Source: a virus (Duplodnaviria > Caudoviricetes). From it: 52,284 nt of DNA. The position numbers and the translations under genes were made by a program. Under the pieces are notes generated by a model. It searched no databases. It saw only the letters and a list, made by a program, of their open reading frames with translations, and was not told the DNA's origin. Position 1 is the stretch's first letter, and each line of letters starts with the position of its first letter. The stretch is taken from positions 1 to 52,284 of IMG/VR virus record IMGVR_UViG_3300015050_001030; one strand, written 5' to 3'. Shown here in pieces: positions 1 through 8,439 of this stretch.

Positions 1-123
1 CTTCAATGCCTGGGGCAGTGTTCACTTCAAGGACGTAAGCCTTGTCGTAGTGCTGGTTGTATAGCACGTCGACACCACCGAAGTCAAGACCTAATACTTC
101 CACTGCCTTGACAGCTTGGTCTC
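1..123. repeat. Terminal exact direct repeat, copy 1 (circular assembly overlap)
   Basis: Bases 1-123 are identical to 52162-52284, and the repeat lies inside a continuous ORF. Confidence 0.95.
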
Positions 124-694
124 GTACTACCTGGGGTACGTTGATGTCGTGACGTGCAAACACCCAGTCGTTGTCCAAGTTACGTACGATACCATCAGTC
201 TTAGGAGCACCGTTACGGCGCTTCTTCTGCTGTTCGTCGATGACCTTACCAAAGGCCACGTGGATACGGTACTCGCCCTTGTTCTTGACGTACATGGTGT
301 ACAGCGGAGCTATCGGAAAGGGTTTGCTACCACCTTCGACGACTTCAATTCCTGTTCCACCTTGCCCGTATAGTGTATGGCGCACGACCACTTTTCCTTT
401 GTGCAAGCTAGCTTCCAAGGGATCAGTGGTAAAAGGAGGCACAGTAACACCAGCAAGACTGAGCATCTTAAGAGTGGTGAGTTTATTTCTAGCATAATTC
501 ACATTCTTTGGGTTGTTGATAATCCCGAACTCGTATTTAATTGGGACTTCGCTAGCGCCCCAATTAATTATCCTGTCGCCACGACGTGGCACGTACTTGG
601 AACGATCATGCTTAAGCAAGTAGACGTCCAAGGCATTAGCGAGAAGGTTAGCCCCTTCGCTGTGGTTGCTGTAAGCATAGATCTTAAGTGCCAT
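1..694 (-). CDS. ATP-grasp (RimK-like) ligase, N-terminal part; 246 aa across the contig join (694..1 joined to 52161..52115); not in the ORF track
   Basis: Manual translation MALKIYAYSNHSEGANLLA...IINWG...EYRIHV...LGLDFGGVDVL...AYVLEVNTAPG. EYR, D-x-G-x-D and LEVN-x-x-P are ATP-grasp motifs. RBS AAGGA upstream. Confidence 0.88.
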   Translation of the reverse strand, partial: MALKIYAYSNHSEGANLLANALDVYLLKHDRSKYVPRRGDRIINWGASEVPIKYEFGIINNPKNVNYARNKLTTLKMLSLAGVTVPPFTTDPLEASLHKGKVVVRHTLYGQGGTGIEVVEGGSKPFPIAPLYTMYVKNKGEYRIHVAFGKVIDEQQKKRRNGAPKTDGIVRNLDNDWVFARHDINVPQVVRDQAVKAVEVLGLDFGGVDVLYNQHYDKAYVLEVNTAPGIE

Positions 695-707
695 GTCGTT
701 GTCCTTT

Positions 708-1652
708 TTATCTATTAAGAAGTGGATTAATTGCTGCACGAACACGTACACGTGGGGCAGCAGGAATCTCAGCGAAGCCAAGGTCGTAAGCCTTTGTATA
801 CTTCTTACCGTTATCCACTGCATCCATACGCTTAGCCCACCCGTTCCACTCGTGGAAGTAGGCAAGGGTTAGCAACAGTGAAGCGTTCTCTTCGATCAAG
901 TCTTCGTAGCCTTTGATCTTGATAAGATCTGCCACGAACTTGGGTTCGAATAACTGGTCAAGGAAACCCTTTGCTCCAGCGCTGAAGTACGTATCAAGTA
1001 CAGCACTAGGAATACCGATAGCCTTAGCACGTTGACCCATCCTGTGTAGATTGGTTGCCCAGGTTGTAATAACCTCGGCGTCAGTCGTACCACGCATAGT
1101 CCGATACTCCAAGCTACCGAACTTACGTACAGCAGCTAGGTTCTGTCCTGAATACCGTAGATCATTGTGAAACGTAATGAATGGATGATCATCCTTGAGG
1201 TCGTCGTAGCAATAGTTCAACAAGGCTTCAGCATCCTTAAGGCGGAGACAAAACAAATTGCCTTCACGCTGTTCTTCTCCGCAGTACTTGGTCAGGAGGT
1301 TCTCAACCAACCAGTACGCTGTTATCTTTGCCCACACTTCTGCTGGTGTGTCGTCTAGGATGTTACAGTGCACGTGCAAAGAAGTCCTAGGGCTTTCCTT
1401 TAGCACTCCGTGTTCCTTAGAATTCACGTACTCAGTTAGCCGTGAAATTTTCTTAGGAAAATTATCATCCATAGGAAAAGGTTTACGGCTAACGAACTCA
1501 ATACCGTTGAACCGTAGGCTGCCTTCAGCCTTAGACTTCCAGTCTCCTCGTTCAAGTGCAGCAATAGGCACTGCGCTTTCTACCTCAAGCTCGATACCGA
1601 CGTCACCTTGGACGTCTCGAAACTGAGGCAAGTACTCTCGCATGGTCTTCAC
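708..1652 (-). CDS. Putative amidoligase (COOH-NH2 ligase, GS/GCS fold)
   Basis: Motifs GIELEVE, EGSL, IEFVS, RTSLHVHCN and LEYRTMRGT. Confidence 0.85.
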   Translation of the reverse strand: MKTMREYLPQFRDVQGDVGIELEVESAVPIAALERGDWKSKAEGSLRFNGIEFVSRKPFPMDDNFPKKISRLTEYVNSKEHGVLKESPRTSLHVHCNILDDTPAEVWAKITAYWLVENLLTKYCGEEQREGNLFCLRLKDAEALLNYCYDDLKDDHPFITFHNDLRYSGQNLAAVRKFGSLEYRTMRGTTDAEVITTWATNLHRMGQRAKAIGIPSAVLDTYFSAGAKGFLDQLFEPKFVADLIKIKGYEDLIEENASLLLTLAYFHEWNGWAKRMDAVDNGKKYTKAYDLGFAEIPAAPRVRVRAAINPLLNR

Positions 1653-2257
1653 AAGGTTACTCCGTACTTAGGTAGAACACGGTACAAGAACGAAGTCTCA
1701 GGCCCTTCGAACACGTCGAAGCGTGACTGATGCTGCGTTATCTTACCGATCAAACGGTTACGGAACAACAACCCCAAGTTGGTGGAGTTGATACGTTCCA
1801 ATGCACAGAAGCGATGGAAGGCAAGCTTATTAGACCGACCAGTAAAGATAGCTTCCTTTACTTCGTCGATAGAAGGGTACTCACCTTTGATGCACTTCTT
1901 CATTTCACTCGTTGCGAACCAAGTACCACGTGGTGGGGTGTTGGCGAAGCGAATGAGGTTGTGACAAAGCCCTTGCTTTTGACGACGATCAGGTGACCGT
2001 GCCATGAAGTAAGCTTTGTCTTCTATGTTGAGGTAGCCAAGTGGAAACGGCTTGTAACTGAAGGTGTCTTCAGTGTACTTGACAGTCTTAATGTGCTTGT
2101 TACCAGCACTCAAGTCGTGCAAGTGTACCGTGTTCTTGGTTCCTGCTACCGTGATGTAGTACGGCTCTTTGTCGTACATACAGATAGTACCGTCAAGACG
2201 CATGATAGTATCTTGATGGTCGTTGTACTCAAGTCCCATCTTACACAAACTCCTCAA
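1649..2257 (-). CDS. Hypothetical protein of the ligase cluster
   Basis: 202-aa ORF overlapping both neighbours. Confidence 0.8.
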   Translation of the reverse strand: MRSLCKMGLEYNDHQDTIMRLDGTICMYDKEPYYITVAGTKNTVHLHDLSAGNKHIKTVKYTEDTFSYKPFPLGYLNIEDKAYFMARSPDRRQKQGLCHNLIRFANTPPRGTWFATSEMKKCIKGEYPSIDEVKEAIFTGRSNKLAFHRFCALERINSTNLGLLFRNRLIGKITQHQSRFDVFEGPETSFLYRVLPKYGVTL

Positions 2258-3098
2258 TGGGGAACGCAGGTACGTCCTTAGTACTTATTTTGTACGAAGC
2301 TGCAAGATCCTGAACAGTGTTCTTGTACCGTCCATTGTTAGTTGCAGCCATGTACGGCATGTAGTTGTACATTTCCGCAGCCTTGCGGTAGTAAGCACTA
2401 CGCTTGTTACCTTGTTCAGCTAGCTTAGGAACGAACTTGCTTACTTCGTGCAACCAAGGCCACAAGACTGGGCGTCCAAGCCAAGCGTTGCTTAACGTAC
2501 GGTATTCAACACCGTACGGTTTCGGACGGAAAGCACCAGGCTTACCGTACATTCGCTGTCGTTTGGTATCCTTATCCCAGAACCAAGAGAACGGATACAA
2601 GAAATCATCCATCATCTTTGTAATCTGGCAACAATCCCAAACGTGGTCGGGATCTTCTACGTCAAAGCCCTTGCCCCAACCAATGTGGATGTGGCCAGCG
2701 CCAGTACGCATCGTAGTCTTATTGTCCGGCGGAGTGTTAACCTCGCCGTCCTTGTAAGCGTCAAAGTCGGGATCACACCCAAGCACCTTACTGTGGTCAG
2801 GCAAAGAGTCGAAGTAAGCTTTGTCGTACTCGACACTAGGACTGAAGTCGAAAGCGAATTCCTTAGGAACCATCTTTCTTACGTTGTTAAGAGTGCTTTT
2901 AATATTGGTGACAAAACCGAGCTTAGTAAGTGCGGGTCGGATATTAAACTCAACAGCCGTTCCATCAAGTTGCACAGCGCCTTTGGGCAACTGGTAAGGA
3001 GCAACTTTAGTACCAGGGACAATACCCACAGCAGCGATGTTAACACCTTTAGCGTCCTTCAGAAAGAATTCAGGGTCTGCACCCACTGTAACACGCAT
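2241..3098 (-). CDS. phiEco32-like COOH-NH2 ligase type 2
   Basis: Motifs GADPEFFL, DGTAVEFN, GCDPDFDAY, RTGAGHIHIG and KPYGVEYRTLSNAW. Confidence 0.88.
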   Translation of the reverse strand: MRVTVGADPEFFLKDAKGVNIAAVGIVPGTKVAPYQLPKGAVQLDGTAVEFNIRPALTKLGFVTNIKSTLNNVRKMVPKEFAFDFSPSVEYDKAYFDSLPDHSKVLGCDPDFDAYKDGEVNTPPDNKTTMRTGAGHIHIGWGKGFDVEDPDHVWDCCQITKMMDDFLYPFSWFWDKDTKRQRMYGKPGAFRPKPYGVEYRTLSNAWLGRPVLWPWLHEVSKFVPKLAEQGNKRSAYYRKAAEMYNYMPYMAATNNGRYKNTVQDLAASYKISTKDVPAFPIEEFV

Positions 3099-3099
3099 A

Positions 3100-4269
3100 T
3101 TACACCTTGTTATTGTTTACGAAGTACCTGTACTTTTGTTCAATCACCATGTCCTTGTGCTTGGTCATGTAGATGCCTTCGTACAGCTTCTTACCGTACC
3201 CAACAACTTCACGTACAAGATCATGTTTAGTGCAATTGTCACAGACGCAATCATCTTCTGTGTACCACCAAACCTTGTCTGTGAACTTAAGGCTGTTGGT
3301 ACAGTGAGCACACCCAGCGTCAAGGATTACCTTTACGCGATTGATGGGTATGATCTTGTAAGAGAAGCCACGGTAGGCTTCCATCTCTTTTGCCGACGCT
3401 AGGTATTCCTCTGTCCGACGCTGAGCCATCTCCGCTGCCCGTTCCTTTAGCGTCTTTCCCGTTGCTGCTGGAGCGGGTGGAGGTCCCATTACCGTGGGCT
3501 TGACGTCGGGAACGAAAGGGATACGGCTACCAGTGTACGGAGTGTGATGATACACTCGAACTGGAGGCTTGATGTCGAACTCTTCAGGTTCAAGCCCGTC
3601 AAGTTCGTATTTGTAATGGACGTACTCCTTAAGCAGGATGGGATTGCCCATCTTAGCTCCCCACTCAGCTTCTTCAGCCATGTGGTTAAGGATTGCGTCC
3701 GTACTAGCCCAGTACAAGGTGTTTTGCGAGTGATCAAGCATGATCCACAACGGACGACGGTCGTTACGAGCCATATTGAACGACCCGTCGCGACGATCAG
3801 TCCAAGTAAGGGCAAACGCACCGTGTTCAGCCTTAATAGCTGTCTGCTTGATGTCGTTCTCAGCAAGGAATTTGATCAGCTCTCGGCTATCTGTACTTTT
3901 CTTACCGTCCTTCGGATTGAAGGCATTAACAGTACCGTTATGAGCACCGACGATAGGGCCTTCCCAATACGGGTGAGCGTTCTCGTGATTAATATCCCCA
4001 ATAGTAGCACTGCGATTGTGGCCAAGTAGTAAAAACTTACTTCCAGACCCGATAGCATCTTGCGTCTCTTTCTGAGTGAAGAAGTTCCAAGGACTTACGA
4101 CACCTTTACGGATTTCGTAGTTCACTTGCTTCTTCTTCTTGAATTGTCCTATGCAAACACCAGTGCTGTGCCAACCTCGGAAGGTTGAGTACACACCGAG
4201 CTTGACAAAGTTTTCACGTTCGCTCTTACCGAGGAACGTGTTGCTTTTAGCTCCAAACAAACCACACAT
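3100..4269 (-). CDS. Class II (Ntn) glutamine amidotransferase with C-terminal Cys4 Zn-finger
   Basis: Start re-called to M-C-G-L-F-G (catalytic Cys1 after Met removal; TAATG coupling). Motifs RGWHSTG, GHNRSAT, NAHPY, HNGT, TDS. C-terminal CAHC…CDNC. Confidence 0.9.
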   Translation of the reverse strand: MCGLFGAKSNTFLGKSERENFVKLGVYSTFRGWHSTGVCIGQFKKKKQVNYEIRKGVVSPWNFFTQKETQDAIGSGSKFLLLGHNRSATIGDINHENAHPYWEGPIVGAHNGTVNAFNPKDGKKSTDSRELIKFLAENDIKQTAIKAEHGAFALTWTDRRDGSFNMARNDRRPLWIMLDHSQNTLYWASTDAILNHMAEEAEWGAKMGNPILLKEYVHYKYELDGLEPEEFDIKPPVRVYHHTPYTGSRIPFVPDVKPTVMGPPPAPAATGKTLKERAAEMAQRRTEEYLASAKEMEAYRGFSYKIIPINRVKVILDAGCAHCTNSLKFTDKVWWYTEDDCVCDNCTKHDLVREVVGYGKKLYEGIYMTKHKDMVIEQKYRYFVNNNKV

Positions 4270-4430
4270 TACGCATTCTCTCCTAGAGAAATGACATCGA
4301 TACAAACATCCTTATTGTGGTCTTCCACATAGATGCTCGCTATCTCATGCCAATAGTTACCGTCATGTGCAACAACTTCCTTATCAGGAGGAAATTCTTG
4401 CAAAACTTTAATCAACTCTGCTACTGTCAT
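4269..4430 (-). CDS. Small hypothetical protein (53 aa, MTVAELIKVLQEFPPDKEV…); not in the ORF track
   Basis: Manual translation. Its stop overlaps the start of the GATase. Confidence 0.75.
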   Translation of the reverse strand: MTVAELIKVLQEFPPDKEVVAHDGNYWHEIASIYVEDHNKDVCIDVISLGENA

Positions 4431-4431
4431 T

Positions 4432-4827
4432 TTAGATCATTCCTTTAAGGTAGGCCCAAAGCTTAAGTGCGACTTCGGGATTATCACGGATAAGGCCGAG
4501 CGCCGAGTTACAATTTCTACACAGTAGGCCTCTGACTCGACCAACGGCGTGATCGTGATCAACGACAAGTTTTCCTTCTTCACCGCACGTAAGGCATCTA
4601 TTGTCTTGGGCTCTCCTGAGGTAAACAAGTTCACCAGGGCGAAGTCCAAATTTGCGCTGAGCTTCAACGTCATACCTTCGGGCGGCAACTCCGTCCTTCT
4701 TGGTGTAGTCTCCCCACCGCTTACGATGGCAGGCTTTGCACCAGGCTTGTCTTCCATCTGCACTGTGGCTATCCTTATAAAACTCGCTGAGTTCTTTGTC
4801 TACACGACACTTTTGACAATTCTTCAA
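4432..4827 (-). CDS. Endonuclease VII-family (His-Me finger) free-standing endonuclease
   Basis: N-terminal CxxC…CxxC, plus CLTC…LVVDHDH…GRVRGLLCRNCNSALG. Confidence 0.88.
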   Translation of the reverse strand: MKNCQKCRVDKELSEFYKDSHSADGRQAWCKACHRKRWGDYTKKDGVAARRYDVEAQRKFGLRPGELVYLRRAQDNRCLTCGEEGKLVVDHDHAVGRVRGLLCRNCNSALGLIRDNPEVALKLWAYLKGMI

Positions 4828-4896
4828 TTCAGATTTCCGTTCAGAATTTTACCAAAGAAATTACGGCGATTGGGAAAAAGTCTCACGTGCACACCT

Positions 4897-5133
4897 TTAC
4901 CTATCCCAGAATCGATAATCATTGACGTCTAGTATCTTGTTAAGAGGCCATTCCTCAACACAACCACCAGGGTCACCTAATTCAGTAGGATCGTAGTTCT
5001 CTTTAATGTACTTAACCTGATCAGCAACGCGTTGCCTAACAACAGCTTCAGCAACGCTCTTACTAGTGAACAGACCTAGCTTGATAGGCCCGTCGAACAC
5101 ACTAAAGAACTGAGCTAAGAATACCCTATCCAC
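4897..5133 (-). CDS. Hypothetical protein
   Basis: GTG start with a GAGGAGG RBS, overlapping the upstream stop. Confidence 0.7.
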   Translation of the reverse strand: MDRVFLAQFFSVFDGPIKLGLFTSKSVAEAVVRQRVADQVKYIKENYDPTELGDPGGCVEEWPLNKILDVNDYRFWDR

Positions 5134-5806
5134 AGTGCACCTCCTCAGGCTTATTATTAGCCCGTTCATCTATCCTTTTCCAATCCCGTGCGAAGAGTAG
5201 CTCCAAGCGATCAAAGAAGTGGTCGCGACAAGGCTTAGGCCCAAATTCAGGATGATACTGAGCACAAAAAGCATTGTCGTGATCGTACATAAGCTCTTCG
5301 ATGTCGTTAGCTTCTTCGTCGGCAGTCTCACGCTTCCACAGTTCGTACTGATTTTCCTTACTGTCGGATTCATTAGCCACCCCAAGAATCTGAGCGTCAG
5401 CAGCAGGTATCATCATCTGATGATGGACACTACTGACTTCGATTATCTGGCCACTGATGTTGTCAAGCATCTCGTGGTAGTTACCGTGACCAGTAACGTG
5501 CTGCCACATGCGACCGCCACACAGCACGTTCATTAGCTGCGCACCCCTACAGATACCGACTTTCGGTACGCTGCGAGGGAGCTCTTTATAAGCCCTAACT
5601 TCAGATAGATCTCGCTTAAAGTTAGTAAAAACTCCCGCTCCTGCAAGTACCTTCTCTCCATATAGGTAAGGGCTGATGTCTTCTCCACCCGTAAAGCAGG
5701 CAAGGTGCACGTCCGGATTGTATTCACGTACTGTCTCCCATCCTGCTGTTTTAAACATGTTGACCACGGTGGAGTTAGGTTCAACAATGTACACCTTACG
5801 CTTCAC
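5126..5806 (-). CDS. Class I glutamine amidotransferase / peptidase C26 (gamma-glutamyl hydrolase-like)
   Basis: Motifs TGGEDISP-x-x-Y, GICRGAQLMNV (nucleophile Cys), SVHHQ and QYHPE. GTG start after AAGGAG. Confidence 0.88.
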   Translation of the reverse strand: MKRKVYIVEPNSTVVNMFKTAGWETVREYNPDVHLACFTGGEDISPYLYGEKVLAGAGVFTNFKRDLSEVRAYKELPRSVPKVGICRGAQLMNVLCGGRMWQHVTGHGNYHEMLDNISGQIIEVSSVHHQMMIPAADAQILGVANESDSKENQYELWKRETADEEANDIEELMYDHDNAFCAQYHPEFGPKPCRDHFFDRLELLFARDWKRIDERANNKPEEVHCG

Positions 5807-6683
5807 AGAAAATCTCCTTACTGTATTTGTTAATGTTGGCGATAAGCTCAGGCCGTAGCGGAAGCTTGTCGTCAGCACGTACCGATATGTTGTACAGCTT
5901 TTCAAACGATCCACCGTACGCCTTACGGTCACCGAGATATTTGTATATCCCAGGCACGTCGCTTATAAGGTTTGACGGTGTCACGTAGTTCTGGGTAGGT
6001 GCCTTCCTGGTACCTTTGTCCCAGATAGAATTACACGGAAGGTATTGATGATCCTTAGTGTAATCCTTTGATTGTCCTATGTCAGCAGCACCGTTCTTGA
6101 ACTTGGCCCAAGAAATACCAAAGTTCAACGGGTAATGTGCTGTTGACCCTGCCTTACGTGGAGGTATTGTCGGCTGCAACAAGGCGAAGTTGCTAAGGTA
6201 CATAGCCTGACAAGGAGTGAAACCTTCTTTAAGGTACTCGTTGAACGACACAACGTGAGTTGCGTGTTCGTTAGGCTGTCGAGTAGCAATAAAGAAGTTG
6301 ACTAAGAGCTGAGCAGGAAGGTGAGCGTTGACACGAACGCCACACATATCACCGTTATCACGACGTATAAGAACAGCATCTTTAGTTACTTCTCTCCAAG
6401 GACTATCCTTACCACAGATGAATGACCAATACGCCTCAGCGAGTGGCTTCATCAACTCAGTACTGAACAAAGACGTAGTGACTGTCTCAAGTTTGTCCCA
6501 CTTGATTGACCCTTCGTGAGGGTGAGGAGCATTCATGAAACCGTGACACCCGTTGTTCAAGTGCTTGGCAATGGTGCCGTCACTGTGATCAAACGTTACG
6601 TCGCAACAACCGTAAGATGACATCGCCATAGTACGGGACTTAAAGAACTTATCGCTTAGTTCACACGCAATACTGTGACTCAT
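5796..6683 (-). CDS. Hypothetical protein (295 aa)
   Basis: Long ORF coupled to the downstream GATase; no motif recognised. Confidence 0.8.
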   Translation of the reverse strand: MSHSIACELSDKFFKSRTMAMSSYGCCDVTFDHSDGTIAKHLNNGCHGFMNAPHPHEGSIKWDKLETVTTSLFSTELMKPLAEAYWSFICGKDSPWREVTKDAVLIRRDNGDMCGVRVNAHLPAQLLVNFFIATRQPNEHATHVVSFNEYLKEGFTPCQAMYLSNFALLQPTIPPRKAGSTAHYPLNFGISWAKFKNGAADIGQSKDYTKDHQYLPCNSIWDKGTRKAPTQNYVTPSNLISDVPGIYKYLGDRKAYGGSFEKLYNISVRADDKLPLRPELIANINKYSKEIFCEA

Positions 6684-6688
6684 GTTTG

Positions 6689-6976
6689 TTATGCTACCTT
6701 ACGTCCATTGGGGTTTGACGGGACTACGGTATAAGCCTGAATGGATATACCTTCGGGGGTGTTGGTAAAGCTCCAGAAATATCGGTTAGCCTCAAGCTTA
6801 AGGTACTTGGGGATTAACTCGTAACGCCGATTATGCCACCATTCACCAAAGCCTGGAGTGTTAAAGTCCCAGATCCAAGCACCGAATTTGAACAACGTCA
6901 TTGTCTTATATCTCCATGTATGTATGGCAAAGGCAAACCTCCTTAGGATTGGAGCCCTAAGGAGGTACAAGTTCAC
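6689..6976 (-). CDS. Hypothetical protein, aromatic-rich
   Basis: GTGA overlap with the upstream gene. Confidence 0.65.
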   Translation of the reverse strand: MNLYLLRAPILRRFAFAIHTWRYKTMTLFKFGAWIWDFNTPGFGEWWHNRRYELIPKYLKLEANRYFWSFTNTPEGISIQAYTVVPSNPNGRKVA

Positions 6977-7260
6977 CGCCAGAAGAAAAGCCAGGACCAG
7001 AAGCCCTTGCTCTTTACTTTCTTTGGAACCAACTCAATCTTATCGTCTGCAAATACTGGAAACTCAATAACCTCGCCTCGATTAGATCCCTCAAGGCTTT
7101 CAGCTTTCAGCACTACAATGTGACTGGCCTTGCCAATGATACCAGGACGTTTGTGGTCGTAGGTATCAGTGATCTTAGCCTTACCGTCTTTAAGGAAGAC
7201 CTTATCGCCGGTGTTAAGTTGGCGGGCAAACTTAGTCTTTGCCGTTGCCATTATACGCAT
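6973..7260 (-). CDS. KOW/SH3-like protein resembling EF-P/eIF5A domain I, with amphipathic C-terminal tail
   Basis: ARQLNTGDKVFLKDG…HKRPGIIGKA…GEVIEFPVFADDKIE compared with the EF-P consensus ANDLRKGMTIELDG…HVKPGKGQA…GRVIEKTFRSGDKVE. RBS GAAAGG. The ORF is solid; the fold is inferred. Confidence 0.55.
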   Translation of the reverse strand: MRIMATAKTKFARQLNTGDKVFLKDGKAKITDTYDHKRPGIIGKASHIVVLKAESLEGSNRGEVIEFPVFADDKIELVPKKVKSKGFWSWLFFWR

Positions 7261-7261
7261 T

Positions 7262-7553
7262 ACCTTTCAAGTGAATTCGTATGAACTTGATCGTTTTGCG
7301 GTAGGTATCGAACCTACACAGCGGAACTTTTCACGGTTCCAAAGTATCCCGTGTTCATACGTCAGTACTGTGACGACCAAAAAGGTGAGGCTCACCGCCT
7401 CGGTTTTCAGACTCCGCCACGGAGATGTGTGCGACCATCCAGGATGGGCAGGGATCGAACCTGCATGTTCATCGCTTGTCACCAGTACAGCTTACCATGG
7501 GTCCCCTTGCTGTGGGCAGCTAAGAAGATGCTGGGTGTCTGCATCCGAAGTGA
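7262..7553 (-). ncRNA. Structured RNA with two tRNA-like T-arms
   Basis: GCAGG-TTCGATC-CCTGC (7448-7464) and GTAGG-TTCGATA-CCTAC (7301-7317). Each lies inside a closed multibranch domain (stems 7365-7374/7478-7488 and 7278-7286/7353-7361). Confidence 0.6.
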
Positions 7554-7787
7554 TCATTTACGACGCCGCTTACCTGCGGCTACACGTCTCATTTTAGTAT
7601 GCATCCGAGGTTTCTCAACCTCTTCAACGTCCGCATTGCGTACTAGTTCCGATAGATCTAATATCTTGCGGGCATAGCACAAACCTTGATAGTAGCGTCT
7701 CAACCATACAGCAAGAAACGCATTCAGCACTATAGACAGTACCAATGAAGTACAGACAATGCTGGTGACTACTGCCATTTGTTCCAT
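7554..7787 (-). CDS. Single-pass membrane protein with basic tail
   Basis: N-terminal hydrophobic helix and C-terminal KRRRK; RBS GAGG. Confidence 0.7.
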   Translation of the reverse strand: MEQMAVVTSIVCTSLVLSIVLNAFLAVWLRRYYQGLCYARKILDLSELVRNADVEEVEKPRMHTKMRRVAAGKRRRK

Positions 7788-7799
7788 GACTAACGTACA

Positions 7800-8135
7800 T
7801 CCTCTACTTTAAAGCACCTCGCTTCGTTTCGAGGCAGGCTTATTTTCTCACAGTGCACCGCGAAGTAGTAGTAATACCTCGTCGCTAGCCTGCGAGCAGT
7901 TTGTCGAGCCACCCCGTTGGTTAAGGGTCTTTGTGCGTTGCTGACAGTGACGAGACAGTGATTAGACAATGATAGACCATCATCGTCGTACAGGCCTTGG
8001 TGTCTCATGGTACCTGCACCGCTGCTGTTGCAACGGGTCACACAGTTCCGCCCCTTAGGCAAATACTCCCAAGGCTCACAACCCAACGGTATCAGGACGG
8101 GTGGCGGATTGGTGCTACATGCCGTATACCCGAGG
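7800..8135 (-). ncRNA. Candidate structured intergenic RNA
   Basis: Nested helices 8047-8052/8103-8108, 7952-7957/8001-8006 and 7834-7840/7887-7893, plus internal hairpins. The overlapping ORF is unconvincing. Confidence 0.4.
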
Positions 8136-8136
8136 G

Positions 8137-8430
8137 TTAAGGCACGGGCATGTGAATGTAACCACCTTCACGATGGATACAGATTGGAGGGTCAACTCGC
8201 CAGAGCTGTCCTCCCTGAGACTCACACACCACCTTGTTTTGCTCGGCTAGCGTCGACATGGGGTTGATACGGTGCATGAGTCCTAGGCAGCACACCACTA
8301 GGAAGGCGACTCCAACTCCTGCAAACATGGCTTTGAGACAAAGGGAAATACTACCTTTCCGCTTTCCGGACCTGTGACCAGGGACAGTTTGACTGCGCCA
8401 TCTGGACATTGCGTCGTCGGTACTAAACAT
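8137..8430 (-). CDS. Membrane protein (one TM helix, C-terminal Cys pair)
   Basis: Start re-called to MFSTDD after a GGAG RBS. TM segment AMFAGVGVAFLVVCCLGL. Confidence 0.65.
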   Translation of the reverse strand: MFSTDDAMSRWRSQTVPGHRSGKRKGSISLCLKAMFAGVGVAFLVVCCLGLMHRINPMSTLAEQNKVVCESQGGQLWRVDPPICIHREGGYIHMPVP

Positions 8431-8439
8431 TTGCATTCT

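Noticed and set aside
1-123. 123-bp end repeat as a biological terminal repeat
   Set aside because: It falls mid-gene in the ATP-grasp ORF, which reads through the join, so it is an assembly overlap.
7267-7482. 71-aa ORF with a repeated GSIP motif
   Set aside because: The repeat is just the translation of the two GGTTCGAT T-loops, and there is no good RBS.
7790-8086. 98-aa ORF
   Set aside because: TTG start without an RBS and atypical composition. The region is better explained as structured RNA, though the ORF is not fully excluded.
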